In this document: positions 45,354-58,703 of the stretch, one piece after another
Layout: every line of letters starts with the position of its first letter
How positions within the stretch are numbered: position 1 is the first letter of the stretch
Assembly: GCA_951406725.2 (NCBI GenBank)
Contig: OX597831.1
Location: forward strand, 81,530,001-81,594,000
Direction: 5' to 3'
DNA: 64,000 bases
From: Octopus vulgaris
Taxonomy: Eukaryota
Translations under genes and position numbers: made by a program
Notes under the pieces: generated by a model
What the model was told of the DNA's origin: nothing
Databases searched by the model: none
Seen by the model: only the letters and a program-made list of their open reading frames with translations

Positions 45354-45519
45354 TTGGGGGTTATCAAGGCTACCATACTGGAGACGAGCACTAACATCCC
45401 AAGCGGCAGGCTTGATAATTGCTGAGATTTTTCGCAGCGTGAAATCAATGGTAGCCGTGTTAATCCTCAAATAAAGAATATTTATCTACTAATGCGGCTT
45501 CGAACTCTCATTCTCACTG

Positions 45520-45708
45520 TTGATAGGGAAAACACAGTGAACTGTAAGCTTTATTTAGCATGATATCGATGTTTCAAGCTATTTGGCTTTTATCAATGCG
45601 AAGTACCTAAGAGATGCAAATCTGACTTGCTTCTCTTAGGTAACTTCCCATTGATAAAAGCCAAATGCTAAATAAGGCTTACTTTGTTCACCTTGTTTTC
45701 CCTATCAA
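45520..45708. mobile_element. Fold-back pLTR mini-element with decayed HHR
   Basis: Inverted arms around 45630-45636. The minus strand of the left arm reads GCA-TTGATAA-AAGC-CAAATA-GCTT-GAAAC-ATCGAT-ATC-ATGC. Confidence 0.7.
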
Positions 45709-46417
45709 TAATTTAAAATGCACAAAACGTGTACTAAGAAATTCCTTTCGTAGATCCTGCGACGAAACTGCTGTACTGCGGATGGCCCTTGTTAGCCGTG
45801 ATTGGTGGAATTGCTCTCAAGGAACACTACCAGGGATAAACCCAAAACAAGATTTGGATGCTACATTTTAAAGTCTCCTGACTAAACTTTAATCTTAAAT
45901 ATAACCAGCAAATATACGTGCGTGCACGCGCGTCGTGTGTGTTTGTATGTACAAATGTATAAATAGCTAGAATGACAGATAGATGGAGAGATGAATGTTC
46001 GTGCGTCTGTGTGTCCGTGTGTGTACTTCCCGTATCCTTGGAAGAACCATGGGGATTTAATGAAAAATGCTTGAATAGAGGTTTTCAGTAAATGAAAGAG
46101 ATTTAATTATTAGCCGGAAAACTTAACAGAAGAAATTCTTTATAAACAGTAATTAAAGTTTAATAAATGTCGTTTATTAATTCGGTTATTTTTTCGAAGA
46201 AATCGTGAGCTTAGAACAATAAATGAAAAATATAACAATGTTTTTATACATTAATTTTAATTCAATGTTGTCATTTAGTAATAAAGGAACTGGAAAAGAT
46301 GAAGTACTTGAAAATTAATATTTTGACTGTTAATAATGTAGTTTTAAATATACTTCTGTAATAATGTTAATGGCAGTAAATAGGACGTGTATATACATGT
46401 ATATATAATATAGAACA

Positions 46418-46500
<83 letters not shown>

Positions 46501-46509
46501 ATCCGAAAT

Positions 46510-48110
46510 GTACAGTATTATATATCCATCACGGCTGATCACACCAATCAGTTTCGCGCAAGGAATACAACGGAGTGTTAGACAACAATCCAATTATATG
46601 ATCTTACAATCATCAGAGTTAATCGATATGGAAAGGAATATGGCAACTGCTCTCTATTGTGGGAGGTGAATGGACACATCCGGTTTGCAGTTGCTGTGAA
46701 AAAGATGGTGAAATGAAAATGAGCAGGGGATTAGGTTGGGAGGTATATCCTTTGGTTGGATTCGCTGCAAAGCCGGTAAGAGTTATCTTGAACTGTTTGT
46801 GGAAAATGTGTGCGTTATAAAGTGTGGTGATCTTGTGGGGATGGGGTATGTGATATGTGTAGTGGTGTCATATGTATAATTGTTTCCAGGGATGTAGGTG
46901 TATATAATTGTGTTTCGTTAGTCAGTTTTCTTACTGTATTGATTAAAGTCGTGGAGTCTTTATATTAGTGTGCGGTGTGTGTAGGGGTATAATGTATGCG
47001 TTTGTGTGTGTGTGGATACAATGTGTGTGTAGGGCATATGTTGGGGATGGGGTGGAAGACAGACTATTTGGTAGGTGTCCGCCTTGTTAGGGTGTGCGTG
47101 TGTGTACGTGGGTGTGTTTGTGTATGCTCTAGTCAAACACTGTCGGGCTCAAGGTTATTGGGGGAAGGCCGAGATTAGAGGACAGGCGGTTGTAGTCATA
47201 GTGGGGTGAGCAGGTACGATAGGATGTACTTCCTTTCATGTGGGAAATGTTAAACACTTCACTTCTGTTAAATATCCGGGCGCTGAGTACACTGTAAAAT
47301 CGCTCTCTTCTCAGCCAAGCACAAACTGCACTTCCTGCTCCCATTGAAGCACGGTTTACATTTCTCCAGGATCTTCTACTTTATGTTGTACTTTGTGACG
47401 CTTTCTTGCAAAGTTCAAACATGCTTGGCCAGAGTTATGGCGTTGCGTCTCTCCGGGATATTGAAGGAGGACTTGTGGTTGTTAAAGCGGGTCCTCAAAG
47501 GGCCTTCCGTTGCTCCCACATACTTCCGCATGTTCGGTTACCCATTGGGTCCTATAGCTATTACCTCTGTTTCGTATACAATTGCCTCCGTATTACAGTG
47601 GCCGTTCAGCGCACATGTTGTGTTACCCTTGCATGAGCATCCTGCTTCTGGGTCGGCTGTGGGCCTACCTATTAAAGTCTGTTTTACACTAGGTGCTCAG
47701 CTAAAGGAGATTCTCAGGGTATGTCTATTAAATATTTTGTTGTATCTAATTGTACGGGGGAAGTGTTCATCAACTAATCTAAGGAAGATCTTACCTACTC
47801 TGGTTTTAACATATAAAGAGAAAGGCGGTGAGAACCACAACACTTTCCGATGGTGCTTTCTCTTGGGGTGGGGGCTAGAGTCTGGCATATAACTAATACA
47901 ATCCTTGAAACCGCTGGCTGCCAGAGCCCGATTGCAGTACCCCGACATAACTCCTAACCTAATTCCCTGCTCATTTTCGTTTCACTTTTTCTTTCACAGC
48001 AATCGCAAACTGAATGTGTCCATTCACCTCCGACAATGGTGAACAGTCGCCATATTCCTTTCCATATCGGCTAACTCTGATGAGCGAAAAAACCTCCTAG
48101 ACGACTCACG

Positions 48111-48112
<2 letters not shown>
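46510..48112 (-). mobile_element. 5'-truncated PLE of a second family (possibly Hydra clade) with inverted pLTR
   Basis: Minus 47948-47195 reads RKVLWFSPPFSLYVKTRVGKIFLRLVDEHFP..KIFNRHTLRISFS*..CSC..CALNGHC..IVYE..YVGATEG..RFNNHKSSF..CSLCLAEK, a GIY-YIG domain with stops. 46611-46742 is the inverted copy of 47950-48085, both carrying CTGATGA. (TA)n flanks both ends. Confidence 0.88.
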
Positions 48113-48206
<94 letters not shown>

Positions 48207-49103
48207 CAGACACACACACACGTGTACACACCACGTGAAAAAGCACACATCAAGTGCTATACACAACACACACACTCACACATACAAATATGTACAATGC
48301 ATGTGTACACCTTTTTACACACATACGTACCTCCTCCCCCACCACATATGTGTGTAGACTTTAAAGGGTTTGTATGCTGAGTGAGTACATTTTATATTTA
48401 GGTCAAGGATTTTGTGTTGAGCTTTGCTTAAGTGGAAGGGGATTGAGGGCAGTATGAACCCGAACTGTGAGGACGACGCGTTTTGGCAACGACAAGCAAA
48501 GCTGCGACTGCAACAGCAACAACAACAACTGCAGCAACAACAACAACAACAACAACAACAACAACCATAACAACTACTATAATCAGAATTTCATCAACAA
48601 TAGCAACAAGCAACCTGTTGTTGGATGACAACGACAAAACAGAATTTAACAAACAAACGAATAAAGCATACAACAACAGCAACAACAACAACAACGTGGT
48701 AGAGCAAAAGAACGAGAGATTTGAGAGAAGGAAATGAGAAGGAGCCCCACGCCCCCACTACATCCCCAACCACCCGAAAGTGGGGGAGGAAAGAAAGGGA
48801 GTGAAAGTCTAAAACAATAATTCATTGAAAGGACGTGGTTTGGGGATTCAGTTGTCAAAATGTTTGATGGTCCTACTCGAATTACGGATAAAAATTCGAT
48901 TGAAGCAACCCCAAGCCCCGAGGGCGAAATCTCACTCATTGTTTGATGATTAAATACTTGGATAGGTTTTCTTGACAGGCAATCTATGACCAGCTTTCTC
49001 TTATTCTCTCTCCCTCATTCACATCTTCCCTTCCTCTTTCTCTCCCTTTCTCTTTCCACAATTTCCCACTCTCTACTGGTTTAGACCAGCTTGGTATACA
49101 TAC

Positions 49104-49142
<39 letters not shown>

Positions 49143-49570
49143 ATACATTTCACCTAATTTATATTTTACACATGTTCTCTCTCTCCCTCTCCCCTCTCTG
49201 TGTTTTCCTTTCTCCCCCTCTTCCTTTCATTCATTTCCCTTCTCTTCTTTTGTACCTGTCTATCTTTCTAGCTCTGATTCTGCCCCTCATCATGATCAAA
49301 TTTTCAACACCATCCTCCCTACAACACACACAGTATAACTATATTCGTTGTCACCATTAACTCCATCATCACCGCTGCCTCCATTATGATCAACAGCAAC
49401 AGCAACATAATCCTCTTGCTAAACTACTACTACTACTACTACAATAAGAACCATCATTGAAGGTAATATCATTAACCTCACCAAATAACACTACCAATAC
49501 AACCAGTACCACAATCACAACCACCACTTCCAACAGCTCCATCACCATGCATGTATTTAGATAGATAGAC

Positions 49571-49637
<67 letters not shown>

Positions 49638-49672
49638 AACCTACATACATACATACATACATACATACATAC

Positions 49673-49780
49673 AAAAATACCCTATTGTTGATGTTGAAAT
49701 TCCAATGAAGTGGTGCTGGATCTAGGTTAGAAACCGGTTCTTTATTGGCAAGAAAACTTGAAATAAAACTGAATTATGAC
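49673..49780 (+). mobile_element. Terminal 3' UTR piece of R4/Dong family 2 within (CATA)n
   Basis: Reverse complement of 2831-2940 (GTTGATGTTGAAATTCCA..GGATCTAGGTTAGAAACC..CTTGAAATAAA). Preceded by (CATA)n and followed by CATATATACATAC. Confidence 0.8.
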
Positions 49781-49793
49781 ATATATACATACC

Positions 49794-49830
<37 letters not shown>

Positions 49831-49849
49831 GTACCCACTCCTCTATATC

Positions 49850-50330
49850 CTAAATCATTACCAACTTGTAAGCAGTTCCAGAGTATCTGAAGCATATTCG
49901 AACCCGTCTCGCGCAGCGTCTGCCTTTCCGATGTCGGTTGCAGAAAAGGAGATAATCATTCCGAAATACATGCACTCCACAGTCTGGTTCGGGTGTTCTG
50001 TGAGCTGATTCGGAGTGTAGACTGATTTGTCTACATTGAGAAATGTTCTCCATGAGAAAATACAATGAATAGCTTTCTTCCGGGTTCGAAAATGCCTGAA
50101 GCATGTCTGAACAGGTAACAAGTTGGTATTTATAAAGACCACTGCATATCGCTGTCACTCTGTATTAGAAACCATTTGTGCTGTCCCCTCGAGCAGTGTG
50201 TTGGGCACACTTTTCTTTATCTTTTACATAAATGAAGTTGAAATTGTAATTAAACTCAAAATATATATCTTTGCATATTATTCAATAAACTTCACAAATT
50301 TATCAAGGCAATACGTGATGCAATGTTTCT
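49850..50330 (+). mobile_element. Very decayed CR1-type RT fragment
   Basis: AVPSSSVLGTLFFIFYINEV...IYIFAY is a degenerate GVPQGSVLGP.LF..YIND...FADD. Confidence 0.55.
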
Positions 50331-50476
50331 AAAGCACCACTTGAATTTTCCAAAAGAGAAAAAATGGGTTCGCTACACTACGAATGGACAAAGTATATAC
50401 ATACTGCTAAAGTATGTACATAGAGCTAAAAAGATAGACACACACAAAGTATGTATATGTGTGTGTGTATATAAAA

Positions 50477-50690
<214 letters not shown>

Positions 50691-50693
50691 CCC

Positions 50694-50724
<31 letters not shown>

Positions 50725-50786
50725 TAGTAAAGCTGCAAAGACATCACAAAGATTGTTACTCAGAGTTTCACGTTTCCATTCGTCGA

Positions 50787-51904
50787 AAATATAAAAAGAA
50801 ATCCTAAAGCATTCTACACGTTGGCAAAGGAGTATGCCTTAGTACGCTATAAGATAGGACCACTATTTGGTGAAAACGGCTCACTAACTGCAGACTCGGG
50901 GAAGATAAGTGAAGCACTAAATAAACAATTCCGAAGTGTTTTCACTTCTCCACTGGAAAATATGCAACTAAACAAACCGAAAGAGTTTTTCAATGTAATG
51001 AATCTATTCGGAAAAGAGGCAACCATCGATTACATCAACACAACAGAAGTGGATGTCATATCGGCCATTCATGCGATGAGATCAAACTCAGCAAAAGGCC
51101 CAGATGGAACCCCAGCTGTTCTCTTAAAGACATATAAAAAGGCTCTTGCAAAGCCACTGCAGATACTCTTTCAGAGTTTCCTTGCATGTGGTAAACTTCC
51201 CAACATGCTAAAAGGGGGTATAATATGCCCTGTCTATAAAGGTGGGAGTAGAGCAGATGCTAAAAACTACAGGGCCATCTCTCTGACCTCACATGTTAGT
51301 AAGAGATTATCAGAAAAAGGCTGATCAGGTTCCTAGAAGAAAACAACCTTCTCACAAACTCGCAACATGGCTTCCGTCCAGGGAGGAGCTGCCTCACACA
51401 GTTGCGGCAGCACTTTCACTGGATACTGAAACAACAGATAAACCAGTCTGCTGTATTCGTGATATACTTCGACTTTTACAAGGCTTTCGACAAAGTTGGT
51501 CATGGCATGATATGTCACAACCTGCGAAACCTTGGTATTACCGGGAAACTGAGAGAGTGGCTGCATGATTTTCTGAAGTGCAGGAGTCAGACAGTTGTAG
51601 CCAATGGTGCTCACTCTGAAGCAACACAAGTTCTCAGTGGAGTCCCACAGGGAACTGTACTGGGGCCACTACTATTTGTGGTGGCCCTCTCAGACATGCC
51701 CACCGCGGTACAGTCAGCCAATCTAAGCAGTTATGCTGACGACATAAAAGTATCGCAGGCAGTTTGGAACCCAGAGGACATCATAAAACTGCAGAAAGTC
51801 TTGAACGAAATCTAAGAAAAATAACATGCAGTTCAATGCTATGAAATTTCAGGCACTCCACTATCGGTCCAACACATACAAGAGACCAAAGAGTACGTAC
51901 GCCG

Positions 51905-51905
<1 letters not shown>
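50787..51905 (+). mobile_element. CR1-type LINE ORF2 reverse transcriptase fragment
   Basis: NPKAFY..SAKGPDG..PVYKGGSRADAKNYRAISLTSHVSK, a frameshift, then QHGFRPGRSCLTQL..YFDFYKAFDKV..SGVPQGTVLGPLLF..YADD. Confidence 0.92.
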
Positions 51906-51949
<44 letters not shown>

Positions 51950-51954
<5 letters not shown>

Positions 51955-53340
51955 CAAAAATGGGACAAGAACGCAAAACATTCGGACAGTTAGGTGATAC
52001 GAAAAATGGGACAACAAAATATCCAGATAGACGATACAAAGAAAACAAGGACGGGTCATTCGAAGTTTTCTTTCCTCAGTCAAGTACCAGATTATCTTCG
52101 CAATTTCGGCTGATCATATTTGAAATTACTCCAATCTGGCCAGCTCCAGGGAAAAACTAAGTTTAGAGCATTAGATTCCTTGGAAGAAAGCAGCGAATGT
52201 ATACAAAAGCAAGGACGGAAAAAACGGACAATGTTACACAAATACAATAAAAATAGTAACAGGACATAACAACAGGTGTCTTTCGACTAAGGACGAATTA
52301 AATTAAGCTGGCGTGTGTAGAGGTAAAGCCTTACGACAGGGTTACTAGATTTCACAAACACAGGGAGGAATATCGATGTTGCACGGACAACGGCCAGACC
52401 AAGAAAGAACAGGCTTGGCCGAACGTCGGTCACGTGGGAAGAGAAGAGAGAGAAGTAGAAGCAGAGGGATAGAAGAATTAAGGAGGGGCGAGAAAAAATG
52501 ACAGGGACACAGTGAAGTGAAAAGTGGAGGGAAAGTGAGTAAGAAGAGAATGCACGGAAATGTGAGAGAGGGGGGACGAAAGAACGAAGAGTGGAATGAA
52601 CGAATAAGCGTGAAGAAGAGGGAGAAACAGAAGGAGAAAAAGAAGAGAGAGAGAATGAGAAAGAAAATGGATAGGAGATCCCGGGCCATTGGTTTCAGAA
52701 CCTGGAGAGGGTGTGTTTTTAATCATCCTCGGAGTAGCAGCCGGTAGAGTAATTGGCAGCGATACAGCAACAGCAGCCTTCTCTTCACCTGTTTTTCATG
52801 ATGTTGTTGCTGCTAATGTCGTTGAAGTTGGTCTCTCTCTTCTCTTTCTCTTTCTTTTTGGAGCAACCGGTATTGGGGTCTACACCGCCAAAACCCACAA
52901 CTTGTGTTTCCGTACCCACGATAGAATTTTCGTGGCTCGCCAGAACTTTTATGTCCAGATAAACCTCTTCCAAGCACGTATCATTTCTACTCACCAAGAT
53001 CTCATTGAATCGCGAGTCAAGAACCCAACCAATTCCTTTAAGTCTGACCCTTGTATTTCAATGGGTCTTGTATTATGGTATGAGCCTACGGACAGGTGTG
53101 GTTGACCCACCAACATCGCCAGTCGATTCGCCACACCTCCATCTTGAAATCTAGGCTGGCTTTCCTATATATCCTGTTGTAGTTTATGGCGACCACGTCT
53201 GTCCACATATCGGAGAAAGATTCTTTTTTTCGAGGCCACACAGAAAGTTCTTGCTGGTCAAATGGCAGAAGTTTGTTACTTTTCTACTTCCGCGTTCTTG
53301 AATAAATTCTTCAGCCGAGAAGACAGGCACTTTTGAGACG
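51950..53340 (-). mobile_element. Unclassified decayed interspersed element (ORF1-like remnant plus long UTR) ending in (TA)n
   Basis: Its end ATACAAAA(A)TGGGACAAGAACGCAAAACA recurs internally (about 52005) and at 38958-38990, there also beside (TA)n. Broken coding-like frames lie at 52700-53340. Confidence 0.4.
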
Positions 53341-54020
53341 TGTGTGTGTTTATGTGTGTATGAGAAAGAGTTGTCGTTATTTGTTATTATCAAACATATC
53401 GACATTTTGAGCGAACGCAAACAAGGACAAAACTTATCTTCAAAAATGCATTTCTCCCTACACAGCCACCCACTGAAAAGGGAAACCCAGATGCACAGTA
53501 CACGCCCCACCACCACACACACGACACGTACGAACACATACATATCTGGATGTAACAAGACACGATACAACAATAAACATCCAATTGTTAGAGGGGAAAA
53601 AATCGACAAACAGTAAAATCCAAGCGGAAGCGAGATGTAACACATCTTGCTACGACAAAATATAATAACTCTAATAATAATAATAATAATAATATTAATA
53701 ATAATAATAGCAACAAAAACAACAATAGCAACAGCACTGGCACTAGCAATATAAGTGTTGTCCAAAATAAGCATCCGATAATGTAATCTATTTATGAAAT
53801 TTCAGGAAAAAAGCAACAATGATGGACCGCGAGTCTTAATTAATGTTAGCCGCAGCGATCGAGCAATTTTAAAATATAAGCATTTTATTGGTTATGAAAT
53901 GATAGATTTTAAATGAGGATTATTTTGACGGGTGCAATAAAGGTTCATTATTCATTGCTCAATACCACCAACCGGGGAGGGAAGTACACACACACACAAA
54001 CACATATGTATGTACGCATG

Positions 54021-54081
<61 letters not shown>

Positions 54082-54149
54082 CAACCTGTGACCAATGTGT
54101 GTGCGGTTCACAGTGGTAAGCACTTAACTGGTGATGCGATCCCATAATC

Positions 54150-54700
54150 TGCTATTGCAGATTGTTATCCTGTCTCTCTGCCGCAGAGAAATATATCTGT
54201 TAAAAGTCTAGTAACAGGAAGTTTAACTACGGATATGACGAGTTCAATTCTTGCCAATGGTAGCTGTATTTGTTCGATGGGATCAAAAGCTTCAGGTTTT
54301 AGTGAAATGCGAAATGCAAAAGTTGAAAATCTTTTTGTCTATTGTAAATATTCAGTTCCGTCTCTCAGCACCTTGTTTGTTGGTGCTGGTGATTTTGTTT
54401 GTCTCTCACTGACGTTTGAAAGGTTTCTCATTCGATACTGCTTATCAATAAGCAGCTGAACAGTCACAGATGGTGAACGTCTTATTTTGAGGTTAAAGAT
54501 TCTCCTCTTGAGATACCCTAACCAGTCGGTCATGTGTAGCGGTAACAAAATCATTTCTAAGTCTACGGGCAAATCCAGAGATTTGTTTCAGTCGCTTTGC
54601 CCTGGTTTCATTTGATTCAGTCGCCTGTCTTTCTCTTTGCCGTCCTTGCCTTTGCCGTTAAATGTTCTTCTTCAGTCGCACATCTTTTTGGACACTCCAT
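54150..54700 (-). mobile_element. Possible ancient RTE/LINE fragment (EN-RT linker)
   Basis: Degenerate VLRDGTEY / EAFDPIEQ / GRETG.DN resembles RW.EYF..GKA.G.D.I. Confidence 0.3.
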
Positions 54701-55738
54701 GTTGAATTGCAAAAGTCTAATGTGATATTTGTGTAATAACAAAATCAAAACTGGAGTGTGTATGTGTGTTTATATTAGAGACAGTGTATGTCTGCGTGTG
54801 TGTGTGTGTGAGAGAGAGAGAAAGAGAGTGGAGGTGGGGAAGAACATTGCAAACAATGAAGGAAGTAAACATGAAATGACAGAATCGTGTAACTAAAAGC
54901 GCGTTAAAAACTATCTTGTAACGAATATTCAAATTTGCGAATTGAAATATTCAATTATAAAAGGAAGTTCAGAAAGTAAAGTTTCCTGAAAACTTCAATT
55001 TATAAAAAATCTCACTTGCTTAGTAAATATTTCTCTCAGTAATTTAACGTAGTTGTAATATATCTTTAATTTAAACAAAGTTCAAGGTAACCCAATTACG
55101 TTTAGCGTGCTAGAAATAGCAGCGATCACATAGTTGTTACTGTAAGGCTTGTAGTGTTTCAAACAGTCCTACCAACAAAATCATTTTTTAATTTAAAAAA
55201 AAAATTATACCGGTATATTAGAAGATTTTCATTTTATCAAAAATACTCATTTAACAAACTTCGAAAATGATATTATTCTTGAAATTGTGCCCCGTATCAT
55301 AAACCTCAAAGTTATAAAGCTATTTTGTCTGATAGCATTCATTTGTTCAATAAATATTTTTTTTACATTACGTATATAGAATAAACTGTGGGTTTTGCAT
55401 ATAGCGAATTAAAACTTGAAACGAATAGATATTAAAAGAGAAGCGAGAGAGAGAGAGAGAGAGAGAGAGACCGTTGCAAATGAAAACGAAAAATTAACCT
55501 GCAACGAATTAATATTGTTTATTAAACATTAAAATCTACTCCGCAGTGAATGCAACAAATATTTAAATTTGTGAAAAAACTTTTTTTCAAATATTCAATA
55601 AACTTTAGAAATTGGAATTACAGAATATTTCTTGGAACATGAACTTATAAAAAAACTACCGGACGGTCAAGCCTTTAATAATTGCTTTCTTTTCGTAACT
55701 ATTACATACCTAACTAATAAGCAGTTTTCTCCATTATA

Positions 55739-55842
<104 letters not shown>

Positions 55843-56002
55843 ATACATACATAATACAAATAAGAAAATGGAGGAACAGATTCCTTTCAATCATCGACTT
55901 ACAGATATACATTTATAGTTATACACACACAGCTGGATAGAGACATACTGTTGTACAGTAATGTGGGTTTAAGTAAGATTAGTCCTCTGAACATTACTAT
56001 CT

Positions 56003-56235
56003 AGGACCCTAGGTCTCATAGGGCCGATTAGCCTGTTTCCATAGCAACAGAGATTATCTCAATTCCCCCGGATGGGACGCCAGTCTATCACCGAGTTACT
56101 AATTTACAACTGAGTAAAATTGAACAACGTATAATGAAGTGTTTGCTGATGAACATAACGCAGTGCCCGGTCTGGGAATCGAAACCACCATCTTGCAGTT
56201 GTGCGTGTAACATTCTAACCACTAGACCATGTACT
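56003..56235 (-). mobile_element. CORE-type tRNA-derived SINE, family D
   Basis: Minus strand TGGTCTAGTGGTTAG (A box) and GGTTTCGATTCCC (B box), a CORE-like GTTATGTTCATCAGCAAACACTT, and GACTGGCGTCCCATCCGGGGG. Confidence 0.75.
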
Positions 56236-58703
56236 TTCCTGCTGTAGTGAGACCGAGTCAATAAGAGAAACACTGGAACGGGAGACCGACGTGGTTTATG
56301 GCTCTGTTTTATTGTTCACATTTGAAGTTTATTTTCCACATCATTTTCCTAATTTCGGCACAAGGCCAGCAGTCCTGAGCTTCATTTGATACACACCAGC
56401 ACTTGACTAGTATTTGATTTTATCGACACCGGAGAAATGAAATGCAAATCTGACAACGGTGGGACGTAAGTTGCATTTTTCTGATGCTCAAAAGATTCTG
56501 ACCCCAAATAAGCAGTTTATTTGGTTAAATCAGTCTTTCTCGGTTGATGCCATTGAAAGATTTATTCTGATTGTAAATGTTTTGAGACGTCCAAATATGC
56601 CACTCACTTCTGCTTGAGGCCACAAATATCGAACTACAGAACCTTATTGTGTTGGGGATGTTTTGTGATATCATAAGTTAATGGCGTGAGGTGTTAGATT
56701 TAATAAAACTGGCGATTTTGCTTGGTAGGAGGGTAAACGGTGAAAAGTGGTTGGCCAGTGTTAAGGGTGTAACTCCACTTATATTAAGCCTTCCTTGGTA
56801 TAGAAAGTACCGAAGATGTCAAAACAAATGTGTGCCATGTGCGTCATAGTTGGTGTCTATGCTGTTACATTCAACTAAATCTAGTGAAGAATCTAAAGAT
56901 TCCAGAATAATACACATGGTCGGCATGCAAAGCAGTGTTGGGAAATAAACAATTTTTGATCAAATATGTTTGGCTTGTGAAGAGACCATTTTCTCAACGG
57001 TTTGCCACGGAGAAAAATTCTCGCTTTAAGTAAAAAGTGTTAAACACCAAAGTCATTTCAGAGCGCCCCCTATGGACTTTCATGTGCATTCCGTAAGTCA
57101 AATATGTCCCAAACATTTGAATCGGTCGAAAAGTTTGTTTATTTCAATATGATATTTACAGACTCTGGGTTTAAAGTCAGGAACGTTTTGAAGAGAATCA
57201 ACATCGAGATTCTATAAAAGACACTTTAATAATTCCCTGAAATGGAATGTGTTTACTGTTGAAATATCTCTTATCAGTCACACAACTATAGTGCCGGGAG
57301 CAAGAAACGAACCAGTCACTCGTGGGATTAATTGGTTAACTTCTGCCCTATTACTCAATAATCTGTTGGCTGGACCAATATATGACAGAATTAAACAGAA
57401 AAAGGATATTATCAGTTTTATATTCCGAGTAATATGACCCGGAATGTCTATTTTCTTATCTTCTCCTGGGGTTCTCTGCTCCTCCTCCAACCCAACACCC
57501 TCGTCTGCCTCTCTGTCTCTCGTATTTGCAACTGAAGCAGATGTTAATCTCACTAATAAGTTACTATTTCCTGATGCAAATACGCTTTACTTACGGCTAA
57601 GCTGCACCGCTTTACACTAACAATCAACCGTTGGTACCTGCTGCGATTTGAACTTTCCAATTAGTACCTGTTGAGTAGCAAATAATGTTGCACTCGCTGC
57701 TGAAGCTGTCAACAGCCAGCATCAAAGAAACTTGCTGCAATAATACTAATACTACTAATGCTAAGAAGAACAACAACAACATCAAATTATGGAGAATATC
57801 ACAAACAAATAAGAAGGTTGCGGAGATGATGAGTCTACGATGCGACTTTAATCACGAGCTGAACGTAATCTTCACTAAGGCACTCGAAAAAGGCATGAAT
57901 ATCACAACATCACCATGCCTATCTACGACTTTGATTCATATAAAAGTTAACGATGTTACCAAGCGTTGTAGGGTTGACTCAGATCGTCGAACACCGTACT
58001 AAAATTTCTTTTGGTGTTTAAACCGCGTTCAAATCTTTGTCTGTTCGGCTTTGACGTATTAGTTCTTGCAAGCAATACAAACAGCCAGGTTCGATCCATT
58101 CGGTTCCACCTGCCATATATGCAACTCCATCCATCCAACAATTCTTTTGGATTTGAAAGAATTCAACAATAATGGTCTGTGACAACAATAACAACAACAA
58201 CAATACTGCCAACATCAACAACAGAGGCAGTAGCAGCAACATTAGGGACAGTGGCGACAGTAAGGACAATAATATTAACACCACTATCACCACCACCACC
58301 ACCACCAACAACAACAGCAACAACAACAACAACAGCAACAACAACAACAACATGAACGACGCCAGCGGCAACATTGTCCTCTGCATCTGTCTTTCTTTCA
58401 GAATCGGTTACTTCATGAGAAAGGTGACGGTGGCCAAAAACACCGAGGGGCGAGGAGCCTCCCGCCTTTTCTCACAGGGTGAAAAAAAAAAAAAACTTAG
58501 CTATGTTACTGGAACTGGCGAATAACGGACCAACGTAGAGAATGTGATTGGAACGGAAATAAGAAATTTAAAGAATGCATGTAAAGATCGCTATTCGGAA
58601 TCAGCAGAGATTGGAAGACTTAGAAATTGTTACATTCGACATTTTTCAATGTTGCTGCACATCACACCAATCAAAGGTCAAACAGAATGGTCAAAGGGAT
58701 TTG

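Noticed and set aside
47697-47699. In-frame TGA at a conserved Cys position (SFS*), suggesting selenocysteine as in some Naiad PLEs
   Set aside because: The same frame also has TAA, TAG and a TGA at a Trp position, and I saw no SECIS. Ordinary decay is the simpler explanation.
57061-57076. CTCF-like AGCGCCCCCTATGG
   Set aside because: It has a one-base deletion relative to the motif and lies in a probable DNA-transposon remnant.
58018-58386. Minus ORF with a poly-Leu pseudo-signal and CWMDGVAYMAGGTEWIEPGCLYC, resembling a VWC start
   Set aside because: The poly-Leu is a (TTG)n repeat, the spacing is off and the remaining VWC cysteines are missing. Likely chance.
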